Position numbers and translations under genes: made by a program
Part shown: piece by piece, positions 47,675 to 57,674 of the stretch
Layout: each line of letters starts with the position of its first letter
How positions within the stretch are numbered: position 1 is the stretch's first letter
The notes under the pieces: model-generated
The model's input: only the letters and a program-made list of their open reading frames with translations
Told to the model about the DNA's origin: nothing
Database searches by the model: none
IMG/VR virus record: IMGVR_UViG_3300042396_000075
Length of the DNA: 64,000 nt
Source of the DNA: an uncultured virus (IMG/VR IMGVR_UViG_3300042396_000075)
Lineage: Duplodnaviria > Heunggongvirae > Uroviricota > Caudoviricetes
Strand: one strand, 5' to 3'

Positions 47675-48007
47675 ATGTCTAAATTAGAATTATATATTGC
47701 TGGTCCTATGAGAGGATATCCTAACCATAACTTTGAGGCTTTCTATAAGGCTGAGAAGAAGTGGACTAAGAATCCTGTGGTTGGTAAGATCCACAATCCC
47801 GCTAAGATGGATGAGGATGAGGGGTTTGATCCCTCTACTGTTGAGGATTCATTAGATCATCTTCGTGCTTGCATGAAGCGTGACATTGATGCTATCCTTC
47901 AGTGTACTGGTATGGTAATGCTCTGTGGTTGGGAGCATTCGGAAGGTGCGAGGGTTGAACATTCACTAGCTACATATCTAGGGATGCCGATCTTCTATGA
48001 AAGTTAA
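47675..48007 (+). CDS. DUF4406 / nucleoside deoxyribosyltransferase-like protein
   Basis: YIAGPMRG...NPA...GWEHSEGARVE. Confidence 0.8.
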   Translation: MSKLELYIAGPMRGYPNHNFEAFYKAEKKWTKNPVVGKIHNPAKMDEDEGFDPSTVEDSLDHLRACMKRDIDAILQCTGMVMLCGWEHSEGARVEHSLATYLGMPIFYES

Positions 48008-48500
48008 TGGAAGAATTGTATTTTATAACTTCAAGAAGGTACAAGGGTGGCGATACTATGCCATTCGTTTACTATCTTGGAGCCGTCATACTCATGCTCA
48101 CATTGAGTTTGATCTGAGTATACCATTTGCTTTTGTAGTGGTAGATCGTAAGCCAGTAAAGGTAATGAGACTTGCCAATCTTAAACAACTAAAGATAAGC
48201 AAGTACTATGAGTTTGATCTAGGATCTATAGACATGAGTGAAGAAGATATTATCTTTGCTTATAAATATAAACCACTCAATAGTTATAAGATGCTAGTGT
48301 ATACACTCATAGGTAAATACATTGGTATGAAACAACCAACCAATTGTATTACTTTTATATGTGACTATTTAAAATTCAAAGGTTGGGATACACCCAATCT
48401 GTTCAACCCTAAACAACTATGGGAAAGCTTACATGATAACGATAATGATCGGTGGACAAGCAAGAGTCGGGAAGACAACACTAGCAAAGTGGATCAGTGA
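47997..48500 (+). CDS. Possible permuted papain-like (NlpC/P60 superfamily) enzyme
   Basis: SRHTHAHIEF (His) precedes Y...NCITFI (Cys)...PKQL. Confidence 0.5.
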   Translation: MKVNGRIVFYNFKKVQGWRYYAIRLLSWSRHTHAHIEFDLSIPFAFVVVDRKPVKVMRLANLKQLKISKYYEFDLGSIDMSEEDIIFAYKYKPLNSYKMLVYTLIGKYIGMKQPTNCITFICDYLKFKGWDTPNLFNPKQLWESLHDNDNDRWTSKSREDNTSKVDQ

Positions 48501-49173
48501 GTACGCTTATAACAATAAGTATACACCAGTGATTGTTCCCTTTGCTGCTGCCCTTAAGGAAGAGGCGGCTAAGAAGGGATACACTAAGGATACCAATCAA
48601 GAAGAGTATCGTGAGTTCTGTCAGACCCTTGGCTCTACTATGAGAGAACAAGATCCAGACTATTGGGTTAAACAATTCCGTATTAAGATTAAGAAACTCT
48701 ATGAGGAAGAACAAGCAGCCCTAAAGGCTGACCCATCTATCTGGCATGAGAAGGTTATCATTGTGGATGACTGTCGCTATACCAATGAGATTGCTGCTGC
48801 TCGTGACATCCGTGCTCTCACAGTCTTTGTATCAGCAGGTGAGCGTGAACTCCCTGAGGAGTTTGCAGAGTGGAGAACACATGAGTCTGAAGCACTAGCA
48901 ATTGCTATTGAGACAGGCAACAAACAATATGAAGACATGTTTCACTACACTCTAAAGAATGATGAGAGTGAGGCAGCATTCAAAACTAAGTGCAATACAA
49001 AGTTTGATGAATGGTTTCACCTACTCTCCGAAGCAATGTTAGATGATTTGTGTAACTGTGAGCTGTGCCTATCCTCAAGAGAAGACAGACTACCTGATGG
49101 AGATACTGTGTTCAAAGAGATCATGGAAATTTTTATAGATAAGGAAGACGATGATAAGCCAACCAAGACCTGA
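48433..49173 (+). CDS. Deoxynucleoside monophosphate kinase-like protein
   Basis: GQARVGKTT P-loop, FAAALKE, REQDPDYW, DDCRYTNE, HESE. Confidence 0.85.
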   Translation: MITIMIGGQARVGKTTLAKWISEYAYNNKYTPVIVPFAAALKEEAAKKGYTKDTNQEEYREFCQTLGSTMREQDPDYWVKQFRIKIKKLYEEEQAALKADPSIWHEKVIIVDDCRYTNEIAAARDIRALTVFVSAGERELPEEFAEWRTHESEALAIAIETGNKQYEDMFHYTLKNDESEAAFKTKCNTKFDEWFHLLSEAMLDDLCNCELCLSSREDRLPDGDTVFKEIMEIFIDKEDDDKPTKT

Positions 49174-49930
49174 TACTGCTGTGCTTGACGGAGACATCAT
49201 TGCCTATCGTGCTGCCTTTTGGGCAGATCAAGAAGGCATTGAGTACCTTGCGGAGCGCATTGAACATGATGTCAAGGCATGGACTCCCGTAGGAGTAACG
49301 AAAGTATATGTGGCTATCTCCTGTGATCGTAAAGATAACTTTCGTAGACAAGTGTGGGAACCATATAAAGCTCATCGGGATGTAAAGAAACAAGCACCAG
49401 ATAGTTTATCATACGCTGTTGATTTAATTAAACAGAATGATATACTCTTTGTTCCTACCCTAGAGGCTGATGATATTATGGGACTCATGGCTTCGGGTAA
49501 CAAGGCTATTGCTGTGACCATTGACAAAGATCTCCGGTCTGTACCGGGGTGGCATTGGAACCCAGACAAGGAAGTTAAACCTCTGGAACTTGATACTTAT
49601 ACCGCTGACTTTAACTTTCACAAGCAATGGATCATGGGTGATACGACTGATAATATCCCCGGTATCTGGAAGTGGGGACCTGCCAAGGCAGAGAAGTGGC
49701 TTAAGTATGTCCATCCCCGTAACTGGACAGCCGCCGTATTGGCAGCTTATGACCAAGCTAAGCCTCAGGAAATGGATAGATATGGATATGATTACTGTCT
49801 CGCTATGGCTAGGTGTGTACGCATCCTTAGACATGGTGAATATAACAAGAAAACTAAGTCCGTACTATTGTTTGACCCAATAGTTGGGGCTACTAAGAGT
49901 GATACTCAAGGGAACACTAATGAACACTGA
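49151..49930 (+). CDS. 5'-3' exonuclease (T7 gp6-like)
   Basis: DGDIIAY, YKAHR, LEADD, DKD, GDTTDNIPG. Confidence 0.93.
   Translation: MISQPRPDTAVLDGDIIAYRAAFWADQEGIEYLAERIEHDVKAWTPVGVTKVYVAISCDRKDNFRRQVWEPYKAHRDVKKQAPDSLSYAVDLIKQNDILFVPTLEADDIMGLMASGNKAIAVTIDKDLRSVPGWHWNPDKEVKPLELDTYTADFNFHKQWIMGDTTDNIPGIWKWGPAKAEKWLKYVHPRNWTAAVLAAYDQAKPQEMDRYGYDYCLAMARCVRILRHGEYNKKTKSVLLFDPIVGATKSDTQGNTNEH
49876..49899 (+). promoter_or_regulatory. Putative phage RNAP promoter, copy 4
   Basis: CCCAATAGTTGGGGCTACTAAGAG in the exonuclease 3' end, upstream of dut/nrdJ and the late genes. Confidence 0.55.
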
Positions 49931-50432
49931 TGTAAACCAATACAACACTGAGTCTTTAACTATTGCTAATCAAAACAATTACAATACTTCTACTTATACC
50001 CATAGCGATTCTAAGATCCCTATGGTACTCCATGATAGAGACTGTGCTCCAGCCTACCATACCAAGGGTGCAGCCGGGGCTGATCTTAAGATCACTACGG
50101 ACACTACGCTACTCCCCGGAGTAGTAACTAGAGTACCCACAGGGGTTAGCTTAGCTATCCCTGAGGGCTATGTAGGATTACTCTTTATGAGATCAGGTCT
50201 TTCTAACAAAGGAATTAACTTAGCCAACTCAGTTGGTGTCATTGATTCTGATTATCGTGGTGAGATTTGGTTACCACTTATTAACAATTCAACAATAACA
50301 CACACTCTTAAACGGGGTGATCGTGTTGCACAGATTGCCTTCATGCCCGTTACACAGTTCTCGTTTGTCTCTGTAGATAAACTTCCGTTTACTGTGCGAG
50401 GCGAAGGTAAGTTTGGGAGTACAGGAGTCTAA
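49920..50432 (+). CDS. dut: Trimeric dUTPase
   Basis: AAGADL, RSGL, GVIDSDYRGE, GDRVAQ, RGEGKFGSTG. Confidence 0.96.
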   Translation: MNTDVNQYNTESLTIANQNNYNTSTYTHSDSKIPMVLHDRDCAPAYHTKGAAGADLKITTDTTLLPGVVTRVPTGVSLAIPEGYVGLLFMRSGLSNKGINLANSVGVIDSDYRGEIWLPLINNSTITHTLKRGDRVAQIAFMPVTQFSFVSVDKLPFTVRGEGKFGSTGV

Positions 50433-52321
50433 TGGATACATTTCAAAAGTTTATTGCTATCAGTCGCTACAGTCGATGGATGGATAAAGAGAACCGCAGA
50501 GAGACTTGGGATGAGACTGTCGATAGGTGGTGGAATTACTTTACTGGTAAAGCTCCTGTCCTTCTGACACGGACAGATATCAGAGATGCTATCCTTAATC
50601 TAGAAGTACTGCCAAGTATGCGTGGGTTGATGACCGCAGGTCCAGCATTGGATCGTGATCATACTGCCCTATACAATTGCTCATACATTGAGATTAATAA
50701 AACAACTTCCTTCTCCAACCTTATGTACATTCTTATGTGCGGTACTGGAGTAGGCTATACGGTTGAGCGTAGATGCACCGACAAACTTGGGACTATCCCA
50801 ACAATACATAAGATGTTTGATACAGTTATGTTTGTTGAGGATAGCCGCGAGGGTTGGTGTGATGCACTTAACAACCTACTTGACAATCTTTATAAGGGTA
50901 TCCACATTAAGTGGGACACAAGTAAGATCCGTAAGTCAGGTGAAAGATTAAAGACCTTTGGTGGTAGAGCAAGCGGTCCTGCCCCACTAGAAGAAGTCTT
51001 TAGATTTGTAGTACAGACATTCTATTCTGCCCAAGGTCGTAGACTTACGCCCCTTGAGTGCCATGATATCTGCTGCAAGATTGCTCAGTCAGTCATTGTG
51101 GGTGGTGTACGCCGCTCCGCTATGATCTCTCTAAGCGACCTAGCAGACCGTGAGATGGCTACTTGCAAGAGTGGTGCGTGGTGGCAAGCCTCAAGTCATC
51201 GTGCCTTAGCGAACAACTCAGCCATCTACAACGGCAGACCATCAATGGGTCAGTTCCTCGAAGAGTGGACAGACTTATACAACTCCCATAGTGGAGAGCG
51301 TGGTCTTTGTAATCGTGATGCAATGAAGAACATTGCTGTCAAGGCAGAGCGTGGTGAGGATCATTACTATGGTACGAATCCATGCAGTGAAATCATCCTA
51401 CGCCCTAATCAATTCTGTAATCTATCTACTGTTGTTGTCAATGCAACTGATACACAAGAGTCGTTAGAAAAGAAAATTGAAATGGCTACCATCATTGGCA
51501 CTATCCAAAGCATGTTCACTTACTTCCCTTACCTAGCCAAGGATAAGACATGGCAGGATAACTGTGAGGAAGAGAGACTGCTTGGTGTATCCATGACAGG
51601 TATCTTTGATAACAAGTTGATGTCCGGTCTATTAGGACATGGCAGACTTAAGTATGTCCTTGAGGATCTACGAGAGACAGCCATCAAGACTAACCTTGAC
51701 TGGTCTAAGAAGCTGGGTATCAATCCAAGTAAATCAATTACTTGTATTAAACCAGAAGGTACAACCTCATGTCTTGCTTCGTCAGCCAGCGGATTACATC
51801 CCCGGTATGCTGAGCATTACTTTAGAAGAGTCCGTATCGACAAGAAGGATCCACTCTACTTCATGATGAGAGATGCCCAAGTACCAGTAGAAGACTGTGT
51901 AATGAACGCAGATTCAACTGCAGTCTTTACCTTTGTTCAGGCTGCTCCATCGGGATCACTAACTCAGAATGAACTATCCGCTATTGATCATCTTAATTTA
52001 TGGTTAACCTATCAAGAGCACTACTGTCAGCACAAGCCAAGCATTACTGTTAACTATGCTGACAATGAGTTTCTTCCTGTAGGTCAGTGGGTGTGGGATA
52101 ACTTTGATAAGATTTCTGGTATATCTTTTTTACCTAAGTCTGATCATGTATATGCACAAGCTCCCTTTGAATCTATATCGCTAGAAACATATAATGAATT
52201 TCCAGTTATAGATGTAGACTTTAACAAGCTATCTCTCTATGAAAAGACTGATACAACAACATCATCTCACACCTTAGCCTGTACTGCAGGAGCTTGTGAG
52301 ATAATTGATCTAAGGGGATAA
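50432..52321 (+). CDS. nrdJ: Class II (adenosylcobalamin) ribonucleotide reductase
   Basis: RRETWDETVDR, LPSMRGL, NCSY, GGVRRSA, TNPCSEI, KPEGT, C-terminal CTAGAC; no small-subunit gene. Confidence 0.92.
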   Translation: MDTFQKFIAISRYSRWMDKENRRETWDETVDRWWNYFTGKAPVLLTRTDIRDAILNLEVLPSMRGLMTAGPALDRDHTALYNCSYIEINKTTSFSNLMYILMCGTGVGYTVERRCTDKLGTIPTIHKMFDTVMFVEDSREGWCDALNNLLDNLYKGIHIKWDTSKIRKSGERLKTFGGRASGPAPLEEVFRFVVQTFYSAQGRRLTPLECHDICCKIAQSVIVGGVRRSAMISLSDLADREMATCKSGAWWQASSHRALANNSAIYNGRPSMGQFLEEWTDLYNSHSGERGLCNRDAMKNIAVKAERGEDHYYGTNPCSEIILRPNQFCNLSTVVVNATDTQESLEKKIEMATIIGTIQSMFTYFPYLAKDKTWQDNCEEERLLGVSMTGIFDNKLMSGLLGHGRLKYVLEDLRETAIKTNLDWSKKLGINPSKSITCIKPEGTTSCLASSASGLHPRYAEHYFRRVRIDKKDPLYFMMRDAQVPVEDCVMNADSTAVFTFVQAAPSGSLTQNELSAIDHLNLWLTYQEHYCQHKPSITVNYADNEFLPVGQWVWDNFDKISGISFLPKSDHVYAQAPFESISLETYNEFPVIDVDFNKLSLYEKTDTTTSSHTLACTAGACEIIDLRG

Positions 52322-52324
52322 ACA

Positions 52325-53161
52325 ATGGCAAAACAAAGACAAACATTAACTGGAGCAACAACAGCTCTTGCAAATTACAATACACAACTAACAGAATTAA
52401 ATACAGATATTGCTGGTGTGCAGGGTGGTCTTTTAAACATGGCAAATGTAGGACAAGCATCCTACTATAGTACTACTAAAGAGACTGCTCTGACCAAACA
52501 AGACTTGCCTAACTTTTCGGATATTTATAACCCGATGTATGCGAAGATGAAAGATGTTCGATTTACTGTAGGTGATGATATAACTACAGCAAACAACGAT
52601 GCTGCTTTCTATGTCTTTAATCCAGAGACTGAAGCAAAAAGACAAACCGATATGCAAATTGATGTTGTTGCTAAACAGAACGAAGAGTTTGATTTACAGC
52701 AGCAACGTATTACTGAGTTTGTAAAACAATCAGGCGAAGCACAAAAGGATAATGTTTTAGACCAATATCTTGCATCAGTAACAAAAAACGCAAACACAGG
52801 TGTTATTAAAAGCACAGATGTTGACTTTGATATGAACGCATATGCAGCAGCTGGCAATAGAAACAGAAGTTCTAGTAGAGTTAATGGAAATAAAATTTAT
52901 AGTTATAAAGCATCCGAAGAAGTGGCTGCTGCTAGACTACAAGCTTTTAGAGATGCAGAAACCCTGCGCTTTAGATCCGATCCTACTATACAAACAGCTC
53001 AGGCTACTATATATGCAGCAACACTTGCCGAACAGCAAAAAGAACTAAACAAAAAAATTACTGATGCTGCTAACGCTGTAAAAAACCTCACACAAAAACA
53101 ACTTGACGCTGCAGTTAAGGCTGCAGTTAAGGCTGTAAGGAAACCAAAGAAAAAGAAATGA
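52325..53161 (+). CDS. Hypothetical helical protein with a basic tail
   Basis: 278 aa ORF with GGGG RBS. Confidence 0.6.
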   Translation: MAKQRQTLTGATTALANYNTQLTELNTDIAGVQGGLLNMANVGQASYYSTTKETALTKQDLPNFSDIYNPMYAKMKDVRFTVGDDITTANNDAAFYVFNPETEAKRQTDMQIDVVAKQNEEFDLQQQRITEFVKQSGEAQKDNVLDQYLASVTKNANTGVIKSTDVDFDMNAYAAAGNRNRSSSRVNGNKIYSYKASEEVAAARLQAFRDAETLRFRSDPTIQTAQATIYAATLAEQQKELNKKITDAANAVKNLTQKQLDAAVKAAVKAVRKPKKKK

Positions 53162-53346
53162 TCACTAACATCCAACAATCAAAGACTCGCTTAGCTCTAT
53201 CTACCCCAATAGATCTACCTGAAGTTAAACAGTTAATCAAAGATCTGTATATTCAAATAGAAGAGTTAAGAAATGAAATCAGAAAAGTATCCGAGAATAG
53301 ACCCAGACCTGATAAAAATTCTGGAAGAACTATACAAGCCCCTTGA
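53158..53346 (+). CDS. Hypothetical protein
   Basis: ATGA overlap with the upstream stop. Confidence 0.5.
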   Translation: MITNIQQSKTRLALSTPIDLPEVKQLIKDLYIQIEELRNEIRKVSENRPRPDKNSGRTIQAP

Positions 53347-53464
53347 ATACGATGCTGACTGTGAAGAAAGCAAGTTTGCAAGACGATCTGCATTTAGAGC
53401 AGGGCAAATAGAAGTCGTAAACAAATTAAAAGCTGTGCTAAAGCAACAGCAAGGAGGCAAGTAA
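53273..53464 (+). CDS. Small protein of the pre-portal type seen in T7-like phages
   Basis: LIKILEELY...FRAGQIEVVNKL pattern; position. Confidence 0.65.
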   Translation: MKSEKYPRIDPDLIKILEELYKPLEYDADCEESKFARRSAFRAGQIEVVNKLKAVLKQQQGGK

Positions 53465-53465
53465 T

Positions 53466-53798
53466 ATGGGTGGAAGCCCTAGGATTAGTGGTGGTATGTC
53501 ATATGCTGAACAAAAGAAACTGATGGATGACGAACGCGCCTTCCAAAAGGAACAGGAAGAAGAGCGTAGAAAAGCAGCAGAAGATTCTGAGACTCGCCGT
53601 GTTGCTAGAGAAGCTGTTGCTATGGCTAGAACCAAGGCAGATGAGCAAGCAGCAGTCCAAACATCCACTGCTGCAGAACAAGAAGCAATTATGGAAGCTC
53701 AGTCACAAGCTGAAGCACAAGGTACTAGAGGTATTCAAGGTGATAACGCTAAAGCATTAGATTTTTATTCCGCACTATACAATGGTGTATCTACATAA
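53466..53798 (+). CDS. Small virion-associated protein (pre-portal)
   Basis: MGGSP start, charged helix, directly before the portal. Confidence 0.55.
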   Translation: MGGSPRISGGMSYAEQKKLMDDERAFQKEQEEERRKAAEDSETRRVAREAVAMARTKADEQAAVQTSTAAEQEAIMEAQSQAEAQGTRGIQGDNAKALDFYSALYNGVST

Positions 53799-53808
53799 AG
53801 GAGTGTAA

Positions 53809-55422
53809 ATGGCAAACAATCTTGTTGAACGCTTCCGAATGTTAGATGCAATGCGAACATCTAAACTATACCGTGCTCGGCTATGTGCCGCACTAACTGT
53901 TCCAAGTCTTCTCCCACCTTCGGGTTGGACGGAAGAGATGGAACTACCACAGCCCACATCATCTGTTGGTGCGAGAGGTGTGACTTCATTGGCTAGCCGA
54001 ATGCTATCAGCAATGATGCCATTGAATGACACACCCTTTTTTAAATTTGGTCTTCGGTCTGGTGTAGAACCAACCGCAGAAATTGGACAGTATCTTGAGA
54101 CTATGAGTTATCAAGTCTATCGCAAACTTATTGGTACTAACCTAAGAGAAACAATCTTTCAAACAATACAAAATTTAATTGTAGTTGGAGATTGTTTAGT
54201 ACATGAGATGGATGACTTTAAGTTTAGAGTTACTCGTCTAGATAACTATGCTGTACAGCGTACTGTTGCTGGAGATGTCAATGAAATTATTCATATTGAA
54301 TATGATCTTGTAGATCCAGAAGCAATTAGTCCTCACTTCTCTTTACCCGAATCCGCTAAGAGAGGTTACAAAAAAACATATTGTCAATATCTCAAGGAGG
54401 ACAATCTATGGAAGTACACAAAGGAAGACGGCGATGGGAACCTACTGACAAGCGGTGTCTACGAAGTATGTCCTGTGACGGTACTACGGTGGTACGGCAT
54501 ACCCGGAGAAAACTACGGGAGATCGCACTGCGAAGATATCCTAGGCGACCTATCAAGTCTTGATGGTTATACTAAAGCATTGCTTGATGGCATGGCAGCA
54601 GCCTCAGCCTTCTGGATGGGCATTGATCCATCTGGTATTACTGAGGTAGACGATGTTGCTGATGCACCCAATGGCTCATGGATTCCCGTGAGACAAGCAG
54701 ATGTATTTGTACTGTCACCATCACAGACAATGAACCCACAGATTTCAGCCGCTCAGACCGCTGTTGAAACTATGCGTAGAGAAATTGGTCAGGCATTCTT
54801 AATGTCTGCCTCCTCACTACCAAGTGGTGACCGCGTAACTGCTACCGCTGTTCGTATGATTGGTTCTGAACTTGAGACAGTCTTAGGTGGAGCATTCAGT
54901 GCTATCGCTAGAGATCTCATGGAACCAATTGTCAAGCGATCTGTATTTTTAATGATTGAAAACGAAGAACTTGATACAAGAATGTATGAACAGTTCTTTG
55001 ATGATGAAGGTGTATTATCTATTGAAGTAATTACTGGTCTTCAAGCCCTAAGTCGTGACACTGATTTGCAAAAGCTTATGCAGATGGGCGAGATGGTTCG
55101 CAATCTACCTGAGCAAGCAGCCGCTGCATTTAAATGGGAAGAGTATGCTAGAGCGTTGATTACTTCTCTTGGCTTTGATGCCCGTAATTGGGTACGCTCA
55201 GCTGAAGATATTCAGCAAGAGCAAATGATGATGCAACAACAACAGGCTCAGCAGCAGATGGCTCAGGCTTCCACACAGGCAACTGCTGGAGCAATGGGTA
55301 ACATCATGGCACAGGCAGGACAACAAGATCTCGCACAGAATGGTGGACAAGGTATCATGAATGTTCTTCAGAACTCTGGTGCTGACATGTCTGCATTTAC
55401 AGGAGGACAACCTAATGGCTAA
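53809..55422 (+). CDS. Portal / head-tail connector (T7 gp8-like)
   Basis: GARGVTSLASRML, PFFKF, GENYGRS, RVTATAVR, LETVLGG, TGLQALSR. Confidence 0.96.
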   Translation: MANNLVERFRMLDAMRTSKLYRARLCAALTVPSLLPPSGWTEEMELPQPTSSVGARGVTSLASRMLSAMMPLNDTPFFKFGLRSGVEPTAEIGQYLETMSYQVYRKLIGTNLRETIFQTIQNLIVVGDCLVHEMDDFKFRVTRLDNYAVQRTVAGDVNEIIHIEYDLVDPEAISPHFSLPESAKRGYKKTYCQYLKEDNLWKYTKEDGDGNLLTSGVYEVCPVTVLRWYGIPGENYGRSHCEDILGDLSSLDGYTKALLDGMAAASAFWMGIDPSGITEVDDVADAPNGSWIPVRQADVFVLSPSQTMNPQISAAQTAVETMRREIGQAFLMSASSLPSGDRVTATAVRMIGSELETVLGGAFSAIARDLMEPIVKRSVFLMIENEELDTRMYEQFFDDEGVLSIEVITGLQALSRDTDLQKLMQMGEMVRNLPEQAAAAFKWEEYARALITSLGFDARNWVRSAEDIQQEQMMMQQQQAQQQMAQASTQATAGAMGNIMAQAGQQDLAQNGGQGIMNVLQNSGADMSAFTGGQPNG

Positions 55423-55711
55423 GAAAGTTAATAAAGCTAGCATGTCTTGTAACAAACCCACTAAGTCTCCTAACCCGAATAAGAAACGGGTAGTAAAGGC
55501 TTGTGCTAATGGACAAGAAAAGATCATTCATTATGGGGCAGCAGGTTATGGTAACAACTATAGTCCTGAAGCTCGTAAGTCTTTCAAGGCTAGACATAAG
55601 TGTGATTCCGCAAGTAATAAACTCACTGCTAAATACTGGGCATGCAAAGACCTATGGGGTGGACCCGGTAAGTCTAAGACATCATGTCCTAAAAATAGAA
55701 AATGTAAGTAA
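55415..55711 (+). CDS. Small basic Cys-containing phage protein
   Basis: KIIHYG...RKSFKARHKC...AKYWACKDLW motif; GGAGG RBS. Confidence 0.7.
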   Translation: MAKKVNKASMSCNKPTKSPNPNKKRVVKACANGQEKIIHYGAAGYGNNYSPEARKSFKARHKCDSASNKLTAKYWACKDLWGGPGKSKTSCPKNRKCK

Positions 55712-57051
55712 TGAGTTCAAGTAAAGCCTTACAACAGCAGCAATTATTAAATAAAAAACTACAAACTCTGTTGTCTTCTTCTTTAAAAAAAACAACTGAA
55801 CTTACAGTTGCTTTAGAAACTAAAGTTCAAACTACAAAGTTTGAAGCAATGTTAGAAGAAAAAGCAGAGGTAACACATACACACACATTATCCAATTTAA
55901 CGCAAAGTGGAGCTACTTTAAATCAAGTACCCCAATGGAATGGAAGCGCATGGGCAGCAGCAAGCGTGGCTGGTGGGGGCGGTGTTGCATTAGGTGATAC
56001 CAATACATGGACTGCACTCAACACTTTCTCTGCTACAACCGCATCGACATCATCTGCTACAGGTGCAGTCATTGTTGCGGGTGGTGTGGGTGTTGCTAAA
56101 GACTCCTATATCAACGGACACAAGATTGGTCGTGGTGCGGGAGACTTCGATACCAATATTGCAATCGGTCGGCTTGCGCTTGGCAACAACACGGGAACAT
56201 CTGTTACTGCTATTGGTGTTCAAGCGGCAGATGTAAACACGGGTAGCACAGTATTAGCGTTTGGGTATCAAGCGGCGTACCAAAATAAATCCAATAATCT
56301 AGTTTCCATTGGTCCCGGTTCAGGAGTTTCTAACACAGGCGTAAACAATGTTTTTGTAGGTGGCAATGCAGGAACTTCCAACAACGCCGCAAACTGCATT
56401 GCAATTGGTTTTAATGCTGGTGCAAGCAATCTTGGTGGTGGTCTTACGGCTATCGGCTCTGCGGCAGGTGCTGCAAATAAGGTAGGCGGTCAATTCTTAG
56501 TTGCTATTGGAGCAAGTGCAGGATATGGCAATAATGGATACGGATGTACCGCAATCGGATATGTGGCACTAAGTGCTAGTTGTTCAGGACACCGAAATAC
56601 TGTAATCGGTAGTAACGCTATGGATGCTGCCACAACAGCAACTAACAATACTGCTGTGGGCGCACACTCGCTTGGTGCAGTAACAACAGGCGCGGGTAAT
56701 ACGGCATTGGGTGGCTACGCTTGTGACTTGCTTACTACAGGCAGCAACAATGTAGTCATTGGATTTGAATCCGATGTTGCCGCTGTCGGTGACACTAACT
56801 CAATCGTCATCGGCAAGGGCGCAGTTGGGCTTGGAACTAACACAACTGTCATCGGCGTAACTGCAACAACATCCACCAAACTGTTTGGCTCGTTGCTGAT
56901 TACAGGTGACACCGTATCAGTTGCCACTCAGAAGACCCCAGCCTCTGCTACAGCAACAGGCACCAAGGGGGACATCGTTCACGACACCAACTACATCTAT
57001 GTCTGCACGGCTACCAACACTTGGAAGCGTGTAGCAATCTCTACTTGGTAA
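55711..57051 (+). CDS. Fibre-like protein with beta-roll (YadA-head-like) repeats
   Basis: Many ~14-aa N.AIG..A..N repeats; C-terminal GTKGDIVHDTNYIYVCTATNTWKR. Confidence 0.7.
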   Translation: MSSSKALQQQQLLNKKLQTLLSSSLKKTTELTVALETKVQTTKFEAMLEEKAEVTHTHTLSNLTQSGATLNQVPQWNGSAWAAASVAGGGGVALGDTNTWTALNTFSATTASTSSATGAVIVAGGVGVAKDSYINGHKIGRGAGDFDTNIAIGRLALGNNTGTSVTAIGVQAADVNTGSTVLAFGYQAAYQNKSNNLVSIGPGSGVSNTGVNNVFVGGNAGTSNNAANCIAIGFNAGASNLGGGLTAIGSAAGAANKVGGQFLVAIGASAGYGNNGYGCTAIGYVALSASCSGHRNTVIGSNAMDAATTATNNTAVGAHSLGAVTTGAGNTALGGYACDLLTTGSNNVVIGFESDVAAVGDTNSIVIGKGAVGLGTNTTVIGVTATTSTKLFGSLLITGDTVSVATQKTPASATATGTKGDIVHDTNYIYVCTATNTWKRVAISTW

Positions 57052-57054
57052 AAC

Positions 57055-57156
57055 ATGGCAAAAAAAACATACAAATGTAACTGTGGTAAGACTACCACAT
57101 GCACGGGCAAAGACGCTACAAAGATAGTGTACCCAAAGAAAGATAAAAAACAATGA
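57055..57156 (+). CDS. Small basic Cys peptide (33 aa)
   Basis: MAKKTYKCNCGKTTTC...; stop overlaps the next start. Confidence 0.4.
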   Translation: MAKKTYKCNCGKTTTCTGKDATKIVYPKKDKKQ

Positions 57157-57674
57157 TTCATACACACACAATGTCACAGTTAAAGACTGTGCAAGAGCCG
57201 CTGATTCTTCTTGCGCCAACAGCAAATATACCTAACAATACTACAACTATTCCTAATAACCTGCCTACTACTACGGCACCAACAAATAGCAATAGTGTTG
57301 TAGTAGCTGCTTCAACTTTAAATTACATTAAAATTATTCCATTAACAACAGCAGCAACTGCACAAACTATTCGGGTAACTGGTTGGAATAAATCAATTGT
57401 TGGTGCTACTACATGGTATGTACCACAGTTATTATTCTATGGTTCAATAGCAGCTTTAGGTGCGTCTTCAGTCACCATTAACACTGTTGCTTTATTCCCA
57501 GCAGCCACTATTAACAAAACACAAGGTGATGCTAAAATTTATAATGCAACATCAGTTAGTTCAACAGCTTTTATCCTTGTTGATACCTTAGGTTGTGAGC
57601 AAATTGAAATTGAATATTTTGCTACAGGTAGTGGTTCAGCAACAGGTGGTAATGCTTTCTATGGAGCAATGTAA
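57153..57674 (+). CDS. Hypothetical beta-rich virion protein
   Basis: Thr/Ala-rich; coupled to the next gene. Confidence 0.6.
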   Translation: MIHTHTMSQLKTVQEPLILLAPTANIPNNTTTIPNNLPTTTAPTNSNSVVVAASTLNYIKIIPLTTAATAQTIRVTGWNKSIVGATTWYVPQLLFYGSIAALGASSVTINTVALFPAATINKTQGDAKIYNATSVSSTAFILVDTLGCEQIEIEYFATGSGSATGGNAFYGAM

